Shown: piece by piece, positions 9,852 through 18,928 of the stretch
Layout of the letters: the number at the start of each line of letters is the position of its first letter
Numbering within the stretch: position 1 is the first letter of the stretch
Assembly: GCA_020356105.1 (NCBI GenBank)
Contig: CP070634.1
Location: 1,721,348 to 1,785,347 of the forward strand
Source: Rhodospirillales bacterium
Lineage (GTDB): Bacteria; Pseudomonadota; Alphaproteobacteria; UBA8366; JADFVY01
Reading direction: 5' to 3'
Length of the DNA: 64,000 nucleotides
The notes under the pieces: model-generated
Told to the model about the DNA's origin: nothing
What the model saw: the letters and a program-made list of their open reading frames with translations, nothing else
Databases searched by the model: none
Program-made: the position numbers and the translations under genes

Positions 9852-12169
9852 GCCGCCTCCCTGATGGCGCGCCAGATTCGCTCCGATGTCGCCGGCATAT
9901 CCAGCGCGGTCACCCCCACATCACGCAACGCGTCCAGCACCGCGTTCATGACCGCCGGTGGTGCGCCGACCGCGCCCGCTTCACCCGCGCCCTTCAGGCC
10001 CAGCGCGTTGGTGCGGCATGGGGCGTCCGTGTGAAAGGCAAAGTCGATATGCGGGAGATCGTCGGCCCGTGGCAGTCCGTAATCCATCAGCGAGCCGCTA
10101 AGAAGCTGCCCGTCGGTTCCATAGACGCAGGCTTCGTGCAATGCCTGCCCGACACCCTGGGCGACGCCGCCATAGACCTGGCCAGCCAACAGCAGCGGAT
10201 TCAGGACGACGCCGAAATCGTCGACCGCCACGTAGCGTTCGATCGTGGTTCGACCCGTCTCCGGATCGATCTCGACTTCGCAGACATGGCAGCCGTTGGG
10301 GTAAGTATAGGATGTCGAGCCGTGCGTTGCTTCGCAGCCCAGACCGCAATGCTCGCTGCCGAGAACATCGGGCGCTTCAGCCGCAAAGGCCGAAATTTCC
10401 GCCAGAGTCGCCATGCGGTCTGTTCCCGCGATCGAGAACGCGCCATCGGCGAAGGTGATATCGGCGAGCGCCGCTTCCAGCTTCTCCGCCGCTAGTCGCT
10501 TGCCATTTTCAACCAGCTGCGCCACGGCCCGATCGCAGGCCACGCCGCCCACCGGCAGCGAGCGCGACCCGCCCGTGCCCGCACCGTCAATCACGCGATC
10601 GGTGTCGCCCTGAACGATCTGGATCTGGTCGAGGCCGATCCCCAGCCGGCCGGCAATGATCTGCGCGTAGGACGTGCGATGCCCCTGTCCATTGTCCTGC
10701 GTCCCGATGGCAAGCGTCACCATTCCATCGGGGGTCGCTCTGATGCGGGCAGTCTCTTGCGGTCCCGAACCGCAATTCTCGATATAGCTGGCAACGCCGA
10801 AGCCCCGCAGCATGCCACGCGATGCCGATTCGGCCTTGCGGGTGAGAAAGCCCTGCCGGTCGGCGCGCTGCAAAGCGTCCGTCAGGTTCCGCTCGAAGTC
10901 TCCCGAATCGTAAACTGCTCCGATCGCGGTGGTGAATGGCATAGCGTCAGCCGCGATGAAGTTGCGCCGCCGCAGCTCGGCCGGGTCGATACCGAGTTGG
11001 TGCGCCGCTGCGTCGATCGTCCGTTCCAGCAGATAGATCGCCTCGGGGCGCCCGGCGCCGCGATATGCGTCAACCGGTACGGTATTGGTAAATACGCCCG
11101 TCACGCGGACCGCGATCGCCTCCATGGCGTAGACGCCATTGTTCATCAACACGCTGCAGTCCGTTGGAATATAGGGAGCGAAGTTCGACAGATAGGCCCC
11201 CATATTGGCATAAGTGTGGACATGCAAGGCTAGGAATCGTCCCTCGCGGTCTACGGCGAGTTCGACCTCGTTGATCTGGTCCCGGGCATGATTGTCCGAC
11301 AGAAAGCCGTCAGCGGTCCGCTCGGCGACCCACTTCACCGGTCGGCCCAGGTCACGCGCCGCCAGCAGCACCAGCGCTTGCTCGGCATAGAGAAAGATCT
11401 TCATCCCGAAGCCGCCCCCGACATCGGTCGTCACAACGCGGAACGCCGTTTCGGGCAAGCCGAAAATGTCAACCGCCAGCTGCCGGCGGAGGCTGTGCGG
11501 CCCTTGGCTCGGTGTGTAGAGAGTAAAGCGACCGTCGGTCCAGACCCCGATTGCGGAGCGCGGCTCCACGGGATTAACGATGATACGGTTATTTACAAGG
11601 CGCGTTCGCACGATACGTGCGGCCTTGCGAAAAGCGGCGTCGACACCGTCACGATCGCCTTTTTCCCATACGAAACTGATATTGTGCGGTGCTTCCTGGT
11701 GCAGCCGGACCGTGTCGGTCTCCAGCGCGGCGATCGGATCCGTGACCGCTGCCAGGGGCTCGTAATCAACGGTTACGGACTCGGCCGCATCTTGCGCCAG
11801 CGCGAGGTTCCGCGCGACGATAAAGGCGACCGGATCACCGACATGCCTGACCCTGCCGTCGGCAAGGATGGGGTGTGGCGGCAACGGTTGCAGGGAGCCG
11901 TCGGGTTGGGTCGCCGGGGCAAGGCAGCGAATGTTGCCAAGGCCAGCGCTGGCAATATCCTCGGCGGTGTATACCGCAAAAACGCCCGGCATTGCCCTGG
12001 CGCGCGATACGTCGATCGCGCGAATCTTTGCATGGGCATGGGGCGCGCGCAACACGTGTCCCCAGACTTCGTCGTCCAGCACGATATCGCTGGTATACCG
12101 ACCGTGTCCGGTTAACAGGCGCTGATCCTCGACCCGCCGGATCGGTTGGCCAATCCCGAAACGATTCAT
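9848..12169 (-). CDS. Xanthine dehydrogenase-family molybdopterin-binding subunit (CoxL form II-like)
   Basis: VEDQRLLTGHGRYTSD N-terminus, DVGGGFGMK, and AYRGAGRPEA active-site loop; 773 aa. The stop overlaps the methyltransferase start (ATGA). Confidence 0.9.
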   Translation of the reverse strand: MNRFGIGQPIRRVEDQRLLTGHGRYTSDIVLDDEVWGHVLRAPHAHAKIRAIDVSRARAMPGVFAVYTAEDIASAGLGNIRCLAPATQPDGSLQPLPPHPILADGRVRHVGDPVAFIVARNLALAQDAAESVTVDYEPLAAVTDPIAALETDTVRLHQEAPHNISFVWEKGDRDGVDAAFRKAARIVRTRLVNNRIIVNPVEPRSAIGVWTDGRFTLYTPSQGPHSLRRQLAVDIFGLPETAFRVVTTDVGGGFGMKIFLYAEQALVLLAARDLGRPVKWVAERTADGFLSDNHARDQINEVELAVDREGRFLALHVHTYANMGAYLSNFAPYIPTDCSVLMNNGVYAMEAIAVRVTGVFTNTVPVDAYRGAGRPEAIYLLERTIDAAAHQLGIDPAELRRRNFIAADAMPFTTAIGAVYDSGDFERNLTDALQRADRQGFLTRKAESASRGMLRGFGVASYIENCGSGPQETARIRATPDGMVTLAIGTQDNGQGHRTSYAQIIAGRLGIGLDQIQIVQGDTDRVIDGAGTGGSRSLPVGGVACDRAVAQLVENGKRLAAEKLEAALADITFADGAFSIAGTDRMATLAEISAFAAEAPDVLGSEHCGLGCEATHGSTSYTYPNGCHVCEVEIDPETGRTTIERYVAVDDFGVVLNPLLLAGQVYGGVAQGVGQALHEACVYGTDGQLLSGSLMDYGLPRADDLPHIDFAFHTDAPCRTNALGLKGAGEAGAVGAPPAVMNAVLDALRDVGVTALDMPATSERIWRAIREAA

Positions 12170-12283
12170 CTCCTGTTACCCCGTCGCAACCGACCGCGGA
12201 GCGATGATAGGGCAGACCCCCCGGGGGCGGTCAATTCGATTGTGCCGGGGAAACCGCCGCCAACCGGGCCGCGCTCCGGCAAA

Positions 12284-12320
12284 GCAAAAAAAGGCCCCGG
12301 CGGATTGCTCCAGCCGGGGC
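12284..12320 (-). terminator. Rho-independent terminator downstream of nrdB
   Basis: On the minus strand: GCCCCGGC-tggagcaatcc-GCCGGGGC followed by CTTTTTTTGC. Confidence 0.8.
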
Positions 12321-12371
12321 AGGGCCGCAGGAAAGCGATACGCTGGAGACTGGCCCGCGTCTCCGCGATGT

Positions 12372-13337
12372 TCAGTTCTCGTCGAAAGCCTCTTCCCAAG
12401 TGCCGCGCGTGGACGCCCGCGAGTATTCTGTTGCCCGGTTCTCGAAGAAATTTGCATGCTCCACGCCATTGAGGATTTCATCGAGCCATGGCAAGGGGTT
12501 GCCGCTGATCTCAAACATGGCCGGAAGCGACAGCTGCATCAGGCGGCGGTCGGCGATATACCGGACATACAATTTGACCTCATCCGCCGTCAGTCCCTCG
12601 ATGCCGCCCAATTCGAAGGCGAGGTCGATGAATGCATCCTCGTGATCGACGATGGTGGCGCAAGCAACGGTGAGATCGCGCCGCAATTCGTCCGTCCAGA
12701 CCGCAGGGTTTTCCTCGATGAAAGCGTGGAAGAGGCGCACGGCGGAATTGGTGTGCAGCGTCTCGTCGCGGACCGACCATGTGACGATCTGGCCCATGCC
12801 CTTCATCTTGTTGAAGCGCGGGAAATTCAGCAGCATGGCGAAACTGGCGAATAATTGCAGGCCCTCTGTAAAGCCCCCGAATACAGCCAGTGTCCGGGCG
12901 ATGTCTTCCGGAGAGTCGACACCCCATTGCTGCATGAAGTCGTACTTGTCCTTCATTGCCTTGTATTTGAGGAAGGCCTGATATTCGGTCTCAGGCATCC
13001 CGATGGTATCGAGGAGATGGCTGTAGGCTGCGATATGCACCGTCTCCATGTTGGAAAAGGCCGCTAGCATCATCTGCACTTCCGTTGGCCTGAAGACCCG
13101 TGCGTAGTGCCGCATGTAGCAGTTGTTGACCTCGACATCGGCCTGGGTGAAGAACCGGAAGATCTGGGTCAGGAGATTTCGTTCCGCGTCGGTCAGCTTG
13201 TTGCGCCAATCCTTGACGTCGTCGGCCAGTGGCACTTCCTCGGGAAGCCAATGGATGCGTTGTTGGGTCAGCCACGCATCGTAGGCCCAAGGATACCGGA
13301 ACGGCTTGTAGATCGGATCTGCGTCAAGTAGAGACAT
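12372..13337 (-). CDS. nrdB: Ribonucleoside-diphosphate reductase beta subunit (class I)
   Basis: Di-iron/tyrosyl motifs ETVHIAAYSHLLDT and VRDETLH. The start is set at MSLLDADPIY (Met48 of the listed ORF) because the upstream part is Arg-rich. Confidence 0.92.
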   Translation of the reverse strand: MSLLDADPIYKPFRYPWAYDAWLTQQRIHWLPEEVPLADDVKDWRNKLTDAERNLLTQIFRFFTQADVEVNNCYMRHYARVFRPTEVQMMLAAFSNMETVHIAAYSHLLDTIGMPETEYQAFLKYKAMKDKYDFMQQWGVDSPEDIARTLAVFGGFTEGLQLFASFAMLLNFPRFNKMKGMGQIVTWSVRDETLHTNSAVRLFHAFIEENPAVWTDELRRDLTVACATIVDHEDAFIDLAFELGGIEGLTADEVKLYVRYIADRRLMQLSLPAMFEISGNPLPWLDEILNGVEHANFFENRATEYSRASTRGTWEEAFDEN

Positions 13338-13344
13338 CGGTCCG

Positions 13345-13638
13345 CTATCTTTGCGACTGGCCGGCTTGCTCAATCCGGGACGGCCTTGTCGTCGCCGAGG
13401 GCCAGTCGCGTTGCTGCAATGCGCGGATCGCCGATGCGATCGTCGTTTCACGAAACGCGACCGGCCGTCCGCATTCAATTCGCCAGCCGAACTCGCCGCG
13501 AATGTTGTAGCGGTCGCGACGGATCACCGACCGAATGATGTCTGGCGCAATGCGATAGAGAGCCGGATCCCGGCCCGCAATCGGGCTGGCGCGGCGCCAG
13601 GCGGTCTCCACATCGGTCTCAAGGCTCTTTTCCGTCAT
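13345..13638 (-). CDS. Hypothetical 97-aa protein encoded between nrdA and nrdB
   Basis: An ATG lies 26 nt after the nrdA stop, and the TAG lies 7 nt before the nrdB ATG. Third positions are mostly G/C. I recognise no motif. Confidence 0.45.
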   Translation of the reverse strand: MTEKSLETDVETAWRRASPIAGRDPALYRIAPDIIRSVIRRDRYNIRGEFGWRIECGRPVAFRETTIASAIRALQQRDWPSATTRPSRIEQAGQSQR

Positions 13639-13663
13639 GTTGTTCGCTTCCCGTTAGCTGTGT

Positions 13664-15673
13664 TTATTGGCATGCGAGGCATTCCTCGTAATCCGAGGCG
13701 CCGGTTTCGGCCGGTTTGTCCCGTCCGTTGACCTGGCCAAGATGGGGGATGTTGGCAATTCCCGCGCTGTCGCGGGCAACGGTCTCGGCCCGCTGGATAG
13801 ATTTGGAGCGACAGTAATAGAGGCTCTTGACGCCCTTCTTCCATGCCTGCAGGTGCAATTGATGCAGGACGCGCTTGTGCACATCGGCAGGGAGAAACAG
13901 GTTGAGGGATTGCGACTGGCAAATGAAGGGGGTTCGATCCGCCGCGTGTTCGATCAGCCAACGCTGGTCGATCTCGAACGCCGTTCGGAATACAGCTTTT
14001 TGTGTTTCGTCCAGGAACTCCAGATGCTGGACGGAACCTTCACGGGTCGAGATCGACGACCATACTTCCTCGTCATCGCGCCCCAACTGAGCGAGTAGAC
14101 GCTTGAGGTGCTTGTTGCGGACGGTGAACGACCCGCTCAGCGTCTTGTGCGTATAACTGTTCGCGGCCACCGGTTCGATGCCCGGCGACGCGCCGCCGCA
14201 GATTATCGAGATCGAGGCGGTCGGTGCGATCGCAAGCTTGTTCGAAAAGCGCTCTTTGATACCGTACTCCGACGCATCAGGACAGGCACCTCTCTCCGCA
14301 GCGAGGGCACGGCTGGCGGCGTCGGCTCGTTCGCGAATATGCTTGAACATTCGAAGGTTCCAGACCTTTGCCATCACGCCCTCAATGGGGATCATGTTGG
14401 CCTGGAGGAACGAGTGAAACCCCATGGTGCCGAGCCCGACCGATCGTTCGCGTTGTGCCGCGTATCGGGCACGGCTCATGCTGTCGGGAGCGTGCGCGAT
14501 GAAATCGGAAAGCACATTGTCGAGAAAACGCATGACATCCTCGATGAAGCTGTCATGGCCCTCCCATTCCAGGTACTTCTCAAGGTTCAGCGACGACAGG
14601 CAGCAGACCGCCGTTCGCTCCAGCCCAAGGTGATCGACACCGGTGGGCAGGGTGATCTCCGAGCACAGATTGGACGTCTTGACGGCAAGACCGGCCAGCT
14701 TGTGGTGCTCCGGAATTGCGCGATTTACGTGGTCGACGTAGACGATATAGGGTTCGCCCGTTTCGATGCGCGCAGTCAGAATTCGTATCCAGAGATCGCG
14801 CGCCCGGAGTTTGCGCAGTACAGCGCCGTCCCTGGGGCTGGCCAGTGCCCATTCGTCGTCATTCGCGACGGCGCGCATGAACGCATCAGTGACCAGGATC
14901 CCGTGATGCAGGTTCAGTGCCTTGCGGTTCGGATCGCCGCCCGTGGGCCGCCGCAGCTCGATGAACTCTTCGATTTCCGGGTGATTGACCGGCATATACA
15001 CCGCGGCGCTGCCACGGCGCAGGCTGCCCTGGCTGATCGCCAACGTGAGAGAATCCATGACCCGGATAAAGGGAATGACGCCCGATGTCTTGCCGTTTAT
15101 CCCGACCGCCTCGCCAATAGAGCGAAGATTGCCCCAATAGCTGCCAATGCCGCCGCCTCGTGCGGCCAGCCAGACATTCTCGTTCCAAAGATCGACGATC
15201 CCGTCGAGACTGTCCGATGCCTCGTTGAGGAAGCACGATATCGGAAGGCCGCGCCGATGGGCGCCACCGTTGGACAACACCGGGGTCGCCGGCATGAACC
15301 ACAGGCGGCTGATATAGTCATACAAGCGCTGCGCATGCGCCGAGCTGTCTGCGAAATGCATGGCAACCCGCGCGAACAGGTCCTGATAGCTCTCCCCGGG
15401 GAGCAGGTATCGGTCGCCCAGCGTTTGTTTGCCGAATGCGGTGAGATGAGAATCCCGATCGTGATCGATATGGACCCGGATGCCTCGATTATTCTGCGTA
15501 TAGGCACGCACCGTCTCGCGTGCCGCATCCAAGGGTATGTCGCGGGACGAATTATCCACAGAATCCGCCGAAGCGTGACCTGCAAAACCGCGCCCGGACA
15601 CGACACCGCCCGAAGCCGGGAGTCGCTCCTCTTCACGCGGGTCGCGCAATTGCAGGTCGATCGGTTCGTCCAT
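13664..15673 (-). CDS. nrdA: Ribonucleoside-diphosphate reductase alpha subunit (class I, no obvious ATP-cone)
   Basis: Catalytic loop TSNLCSEITLPT and C-terminal redox pair YEECLACQ; 669 aa. Confidence 0.92.
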   Translation of the reverse strand: MDEPIDLQLRDPREEERLPASGGVVSGRGFAGHASADSVDNSSRDIPLDAARETVRAYTQNNRGIRVHIDHDRDSHLTAFGKQTLGDRYLLPGESYQDLFARVAMHFADSSAHAQRLYDYISRLWFMPATPVLSNGGAHRRGLPISCFLNEASDSLDGIVDLWNENVWLAARGGGIGSYWGNLRSIGEAVGINGKTSGVIPFIRVMDSLTLAISQGSLRRGSAAVYMPVNHPEIEEFIELRRPTGGDPNRKALNLHHGILVTDAFMRAVANDDEWALASPRDGAVLRKLRARDLWIRILTARIETGEPYIVYVDHVNRAIPEHHKLAGLAVKTSNLCSEITLPTGVDHLGLERTAVCCLSSLNLEKYLEWEGHDSFIEDVMRFLDNVLSDFIAHAPDSMSRARYAAQRERSVGLGTMGFHSFLQANMIPIEGVMAKVWNLRMFKHIRERADAASRALAAERGACPDASEYGIKERFSNKLAIAPTASISIICGGASPGIEPVAANSYTHKTLSGSFTVRNKHLKRLLAQLGRDDEEVWSSISTREGSVQHLEFLDETQKAVFRTAFEIDQRWLIEHAADRTPFICQSQSLNLFLPADVHKRVLHQLHLQAWKKGVKSLYYCRSKSIQRAETVARDSAGIANIPHLGQVNGRDKPAETGASDYEECLACQ

Positions 15674-15782
15674 GGATTATCCTCTCTATTCACAGCCTGT
15701 GGACGGGAAAACCTGTGCAAAAAACACAAGATGTCGTAGGGCTGCGCGATCAACATACCATATTTCGTTGCAAAGTCACTGG

Positions 15783-15797
15783 GAACAAACCAAGAAC
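15783..15797. promoter_or_regulatory. Candidate alphaproteobacterial LexA (SOS) box, GAAC-N7-GAAC
   Basis: GAACaaaccaaGAAC lies in the divergent nrdA / SRAP intergenic region, about 110 nt from either start codon. Confidence 0.45.
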
Positions 15798-15912
15798 ATT
15801 TGTATCTTACGACATCGGGATCTGCCGTCAAGTGGCAGTCCTAACAAATGCCGATCTGAGTGATTCGGGCCGCGTCTGGCGCTCTGACCGGTTTTTCTGG
15901 CATGATCGGCGG

Positions 15913-16638
15913 ATGTGCGGACGGTTTAGCTTGACCCTGCCGGTTGACGCGATGGGTCGCCTGTTTGGTTTCGAGCCGGATACGACGGTCGAACTGGCGC
16001 CACGGTATAACATCGCCCCGTCGCAGTTGATTGCGGTTGTGCGGCGACGCGGCGAGACATCGACGCGCGAGCTTTCCCTGCTGCGATGGGGGTTCATCCC
16101 GTCCTGGGCGCGGGATCCAGCATCGCTGCGGCAGCCGATCAACGCGCGCGGCGAGACGGTATCGGCGAAACCGATGTTTCGAGAGGCTTTCCGCCACCGT
16201 CGATGTCTCATCCCTGCCGACGGGTTCTACGAGTGGAAGCGCGTCTCCGGGGGCAAACAGCCGTGGCGAATTCAAAGAGCTGATGGTGCGCCGTTCGCCT
16301 TTGCCGGCGTATGGGACCGGTGGGCGGGGCGGGACGGTAAGGCGATCGAGAGCTGTGCGATTCTGACCACCGAGGCGAACGATATCGTGCGGCCGATTCA
16401 CGATCGCATGCCGGTGATACTCGACATCGGGCGGTTCGGACCGTGGCTTGAAGCCTCATCGGTCGAGGCTGCCGATCTGATCGAGCCGTATCGCGGCGCT
16501 TTGAGCCTGTTCCCCGTAAGGCGGCGGATCAACGACCCCGCGCAGGACGACGCGGAATTGGTGGTACCCTTGCCGGACGACGAAGCACGGCCCACTTCGC
16601 CAATTTTGCCCGAGGATCCGGAACCGTCGCTGTTCTAG
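15913..16638 (+). CDS. SOS response-associated peptidase (SRAP/YedK family)
   Basis: Begins MCGRFSL (Cys2 nucleophile) and contains YNIAPSQ and PADGFYEW motifs. The start is set at this Met; the upstream part of the listed ORF is not protein-like. Confidence 0.9.
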   Translation: MCGRFSLTLPVDAMGRLFGFEPDTTVELAPRYNIAPSQLIAVVRRRGETSTRELSLLRWGFIPSWARDPASLRQPINARGETVSAKPMFREAFRHRRCLIPADGFYEWKRVSGGKQPWRIQRADGAPFAFAGVWDRWAGRDGKAIESCAILTTEANDIVRPIHDRMPVILDIGRFGPWLEASSVEAADLIEPYRGALSLFPVRRRINDPAQDDAELVVPLPDDEARPTSPILPEDPEPSLF

Positions 16639-16659
16639 CCGGGCTGCCGGCGAGTTTGT

Positions 16660-17436
16660 TCAATGGAGGATCTGGCTGAGGAACAGTTTGGTCCGGTCCG
16701 ACTGCGGATTCTTGAAGAAATTCTCGGGGTCGTTCTGTTCGATGATCTCGCCCTCGTCCATAAAAATGACGCGGTTCGCCACGGTACGGGCGAAGCCCAT
16801 CTCGTGCGTAACGCAGATCATCGTCATGCCCGATTTGGCAAGGTCCACCATCACGTCCAAAACTTCCTTGATCATTTCCGGGTCGAGCGCCGAGGTCGGC
16901 TCGTCGAACAGCATGATCTTCGGGCTCATGCAGAGCGAGCGCGCAATCGCCACACGCTGCTGCTGACCGCCGGACAGCTGACCCGGGTATTTTTTTGCCT
17001 GCTCGGGGATCTTGACGCGCTCGAGATATTTCATGGCGATCTTCTCGGCCTCGGCCTTGGGCATCTTACGCACCCAGCGCGGCGCCAGGGTGAGAGTCTC
17101 GAGGACGGTGAGGTGCGGAAACAGGTTGAAGTGCTGAAACACCATGCCGACCTCGCGGCGCACCTGATCGATGTGCTTGAGATCGCTGGTCAATTCGATG
17201 CCGTCGACAACGATCCTGCCTCTCTGATGTTCCTCGAGCCGATTGATGCAGCGGATCATGGTCGATTTGCCGGAGCCGGAGGGGCCGCAGACGACGATTC
17301 GCTCGCCCTTCATGACGGTCAGATTGATGTCCTTCAGCACGTGGAAATCACCGTACCATTTGTGCATGTCGGTGATTTCGATCATCGCCTCACTGGACAC
17401 CTTCATGCCCACTCTCTCAACTGCCGTTTCCGCCAT
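16660..17436 (-). CDS. aapP: General L-amino acid ABC transporter ATP-binding protein
   Basis: Walker [10 protein letters not shown], signature [13 protein letters not shown], Walker [12 protein letters not shown]. Confidence 0.9.
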   Translation of the reverse strand: MAETAVERVGMKVSSEAMIEITDMHKWYGDFHVLKDINLTVMKGERIVVCGPSGSGKSTMIRCINRLEEHQRGRIVVDGIELTSDLKHIDQVRREVGMVFQHFNLFPHLTVLETLTLAPRWVRKMPKAEAEKIAMKYLERVKIPEQAKKYPGQLSGGQQQRVAIARSLCMSPKIMLFDEPTSALDPEMIKEVLDVMVDLAKSGMTMICVTHEMGFARTVANRVIFMDEGEIIEQNDPENFFKNPQSDRTKLFLSQILH

Positions 17437-17460
17437 TGTTCGTAACTCCTTGGTCTCAAG

Positions 17461-18924
17461 TCACCGGGCGTGACCGGTGTGCAATTTGCGTTCTATGTAC
17501 ATGCTGTAGCGCGACATGCCGAAACAGAAGATCCAGAACACAAAGGCTGTGAAGACATAGCCTTCGACCGCCATGCCCAGCCATTTCGGGTCCGTCGTCG
17601 CGGCTTGCACGATCCCGAGGAGATCGAACAGGCCGATGATCAGCACCAGCGTTGTGTCCTTGAAAAGCCCGATGAATGTGTTGACGATCCCCGGAATGAC
17701 CAGTTTCAGGGCCTGCGGCAGGATGACGAGACGCATCATCTTCCAGTAGCCGAGCCCCATCGCGGCCGCCGCCTCGTACTGGCCCTTCGGTATCGCCTGC
17801 AGGCCGCCGCGCACGACTTCCGCCATATAGGCCGCCGAGAACAGCGCCACGCCGATCAGCGCGCGCAGCAGTTTGTCGAAATTGACGCCTTCCGGGAGGA
17901 ACAGCGGCAGCATCACGGACGACATGAACAGGACCGTGATCAGCGGCACGCCGCGCCACAGTTCGATGAAGGCGATCGAAACCGAGCGGATCGCGGGCAT
18001 GTCGGAGCGACGCCCGAGCGCGAAAATAATCCCGATCGGCAATGACGCCGCGATCCCGGTGCCGGCGACGACCAGGGTGAGGAACAGTCCGCCCCATCTG
18101 GCGGTTTCCACGTATTGAAGGCCGAACCCGTCGCCGACCCACAGGAAATAGGCGATGAACGGATAGATGAAGATCAGCAGGAAGGTGATCCACGCCTTCA
18201 CGGTGGCCCGGTTCAGTGTCACGAGGCCAAAGGCCAGGAACGCCGCCATCCAGCCGAGCGCGCCAGCTTCCGCCGCCCCGACTGCAGCCCGGCCCAACCA
18301 GTATCCGGCGGCGCCCGCCACAACGATGACGGCCGCCCGAATGGCAAATCCGATGAAGGCATTGTCGTCACGGCTGGGCAACAGCGTGCCGAGCCTCATG
18401 TAGACGAGCCCGTAAGGCGCGAACATCATCAAGCCGATCACAACGGCGGGCCCGTAGCCGGGGAACGCGACAAGCGAGAGGAGCGTTGCGCCGCCGGCGA
18501 CGCCGAGCCCGAAGCCGCGCTTGATCCATTCTTCGCGCAGGAACAACGGCACAACGGCGAGAACGAGCAACAGGAATGAAAAATCGACCCGCCAGCGTTC
18601 GAGTTCCGGATAGAAGCCATATATGAACTGGCTGAACCGGGCGCCGACGAACACCCAGCAGGCGTGGATCAGCGCGCCACTCTCCGTCTGGCAAGCCTCG
18701 CGGCCTTCGCCGGTCCAAACCGCACCGAACACCGCGAAATCCAGCACTTGCCAGATAGCCACGAAGCTGATCGCGAGCCCGATCACTGTGAGCAGGGCAT
18801 TGTACCAGGGATGCAGTAAGTTGTGGTACATCCAGCCGTATACGCCGACCTCGCTCTTCGGCGGCGGCAGGTCTTCGTGGCGGTCGTGCTTGACGATGGC
18901 GTTGCTTTGAGTGGTCTCGGTCAT
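17461..18924 (-). CDS. aapM: Amino acid ABC transporter permease (AapM-like, unusually long)
   Basis: Polar amino-acid permease loop AAYMAEVVRGGLQAIPKGQYEAAAAMGL; 487 aa, polytopic. Confidence 0.85.
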   Translation of the reverse strand: MTETTQSNAIVKHDRHEDLPPPKSEVGVYGWMYHNLLHPWYNALLTVIGLAISFVAIWQVLDFAVFGAVWTGEGREACQTESGALIHACWVFVGARFSQFIYGFYPELERWRVDFSFLLLVLAVVPLFLREEWIKRGFGLGVAGGATLLSLVAFPGYGPAVVIGLMMFAPYGLVYMRLGTLLPSRDDNAFIGFAIRAAVIVVAGAAGYWLGRAAVGAAEAGALGWMAAFLAFGLVTLNRATVKAWITFLLIFIYPFIAYFLWVGDGFGLQYVETARWGGLFLTLVVAGTGIAASLPIGIIFALGRRSDMPAIRSVSIAFIELWRGVPLITVLFMSSVMLPLFLPEGVNFDKLLRALIGVALFSAAYMAEVVRGGLQAIPKGQYEAAAAMGLGYWKMMRLVILPQALKLVIPGIVNTFIGLFKDTTLVLIIGLFDLLGIVQAATTDPKWLGMAVEGYVFTAFVFWIFCFGMSRYSMYIERKLHTGHAR

Positions 18925-18928
18925 TGCG

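Noticed and set aside
15724-15768. Two NrdR-box-like stretches (ACACAAGATGTCGT and ACATACCATATTTCGT) upstream of nrdA.
   Set aside because: Each matches the remembered consensus acaCwAtATaTwGtgt at only about 11 of 16 positions. Neither is convincingly palindromic, and the spacing (about 29 bp) is off the usual 31-32 bp. I cannot support them without a position weight matrix scan.
15520-15912. Long N-terminal extensions in the ORF track. Examples are SRAP from 15520, gabD from 33937, gltX from 46711, nrdB to 13478, glmU from 27254 and the TraR-like gene from 49483.
   Set aside because: The extensions are Arg/Pro-rich, overlap promoters or neighbouring genes, and precede Met codons where the family-typical N-termini begin ([20 protein letters not shown] and so on).
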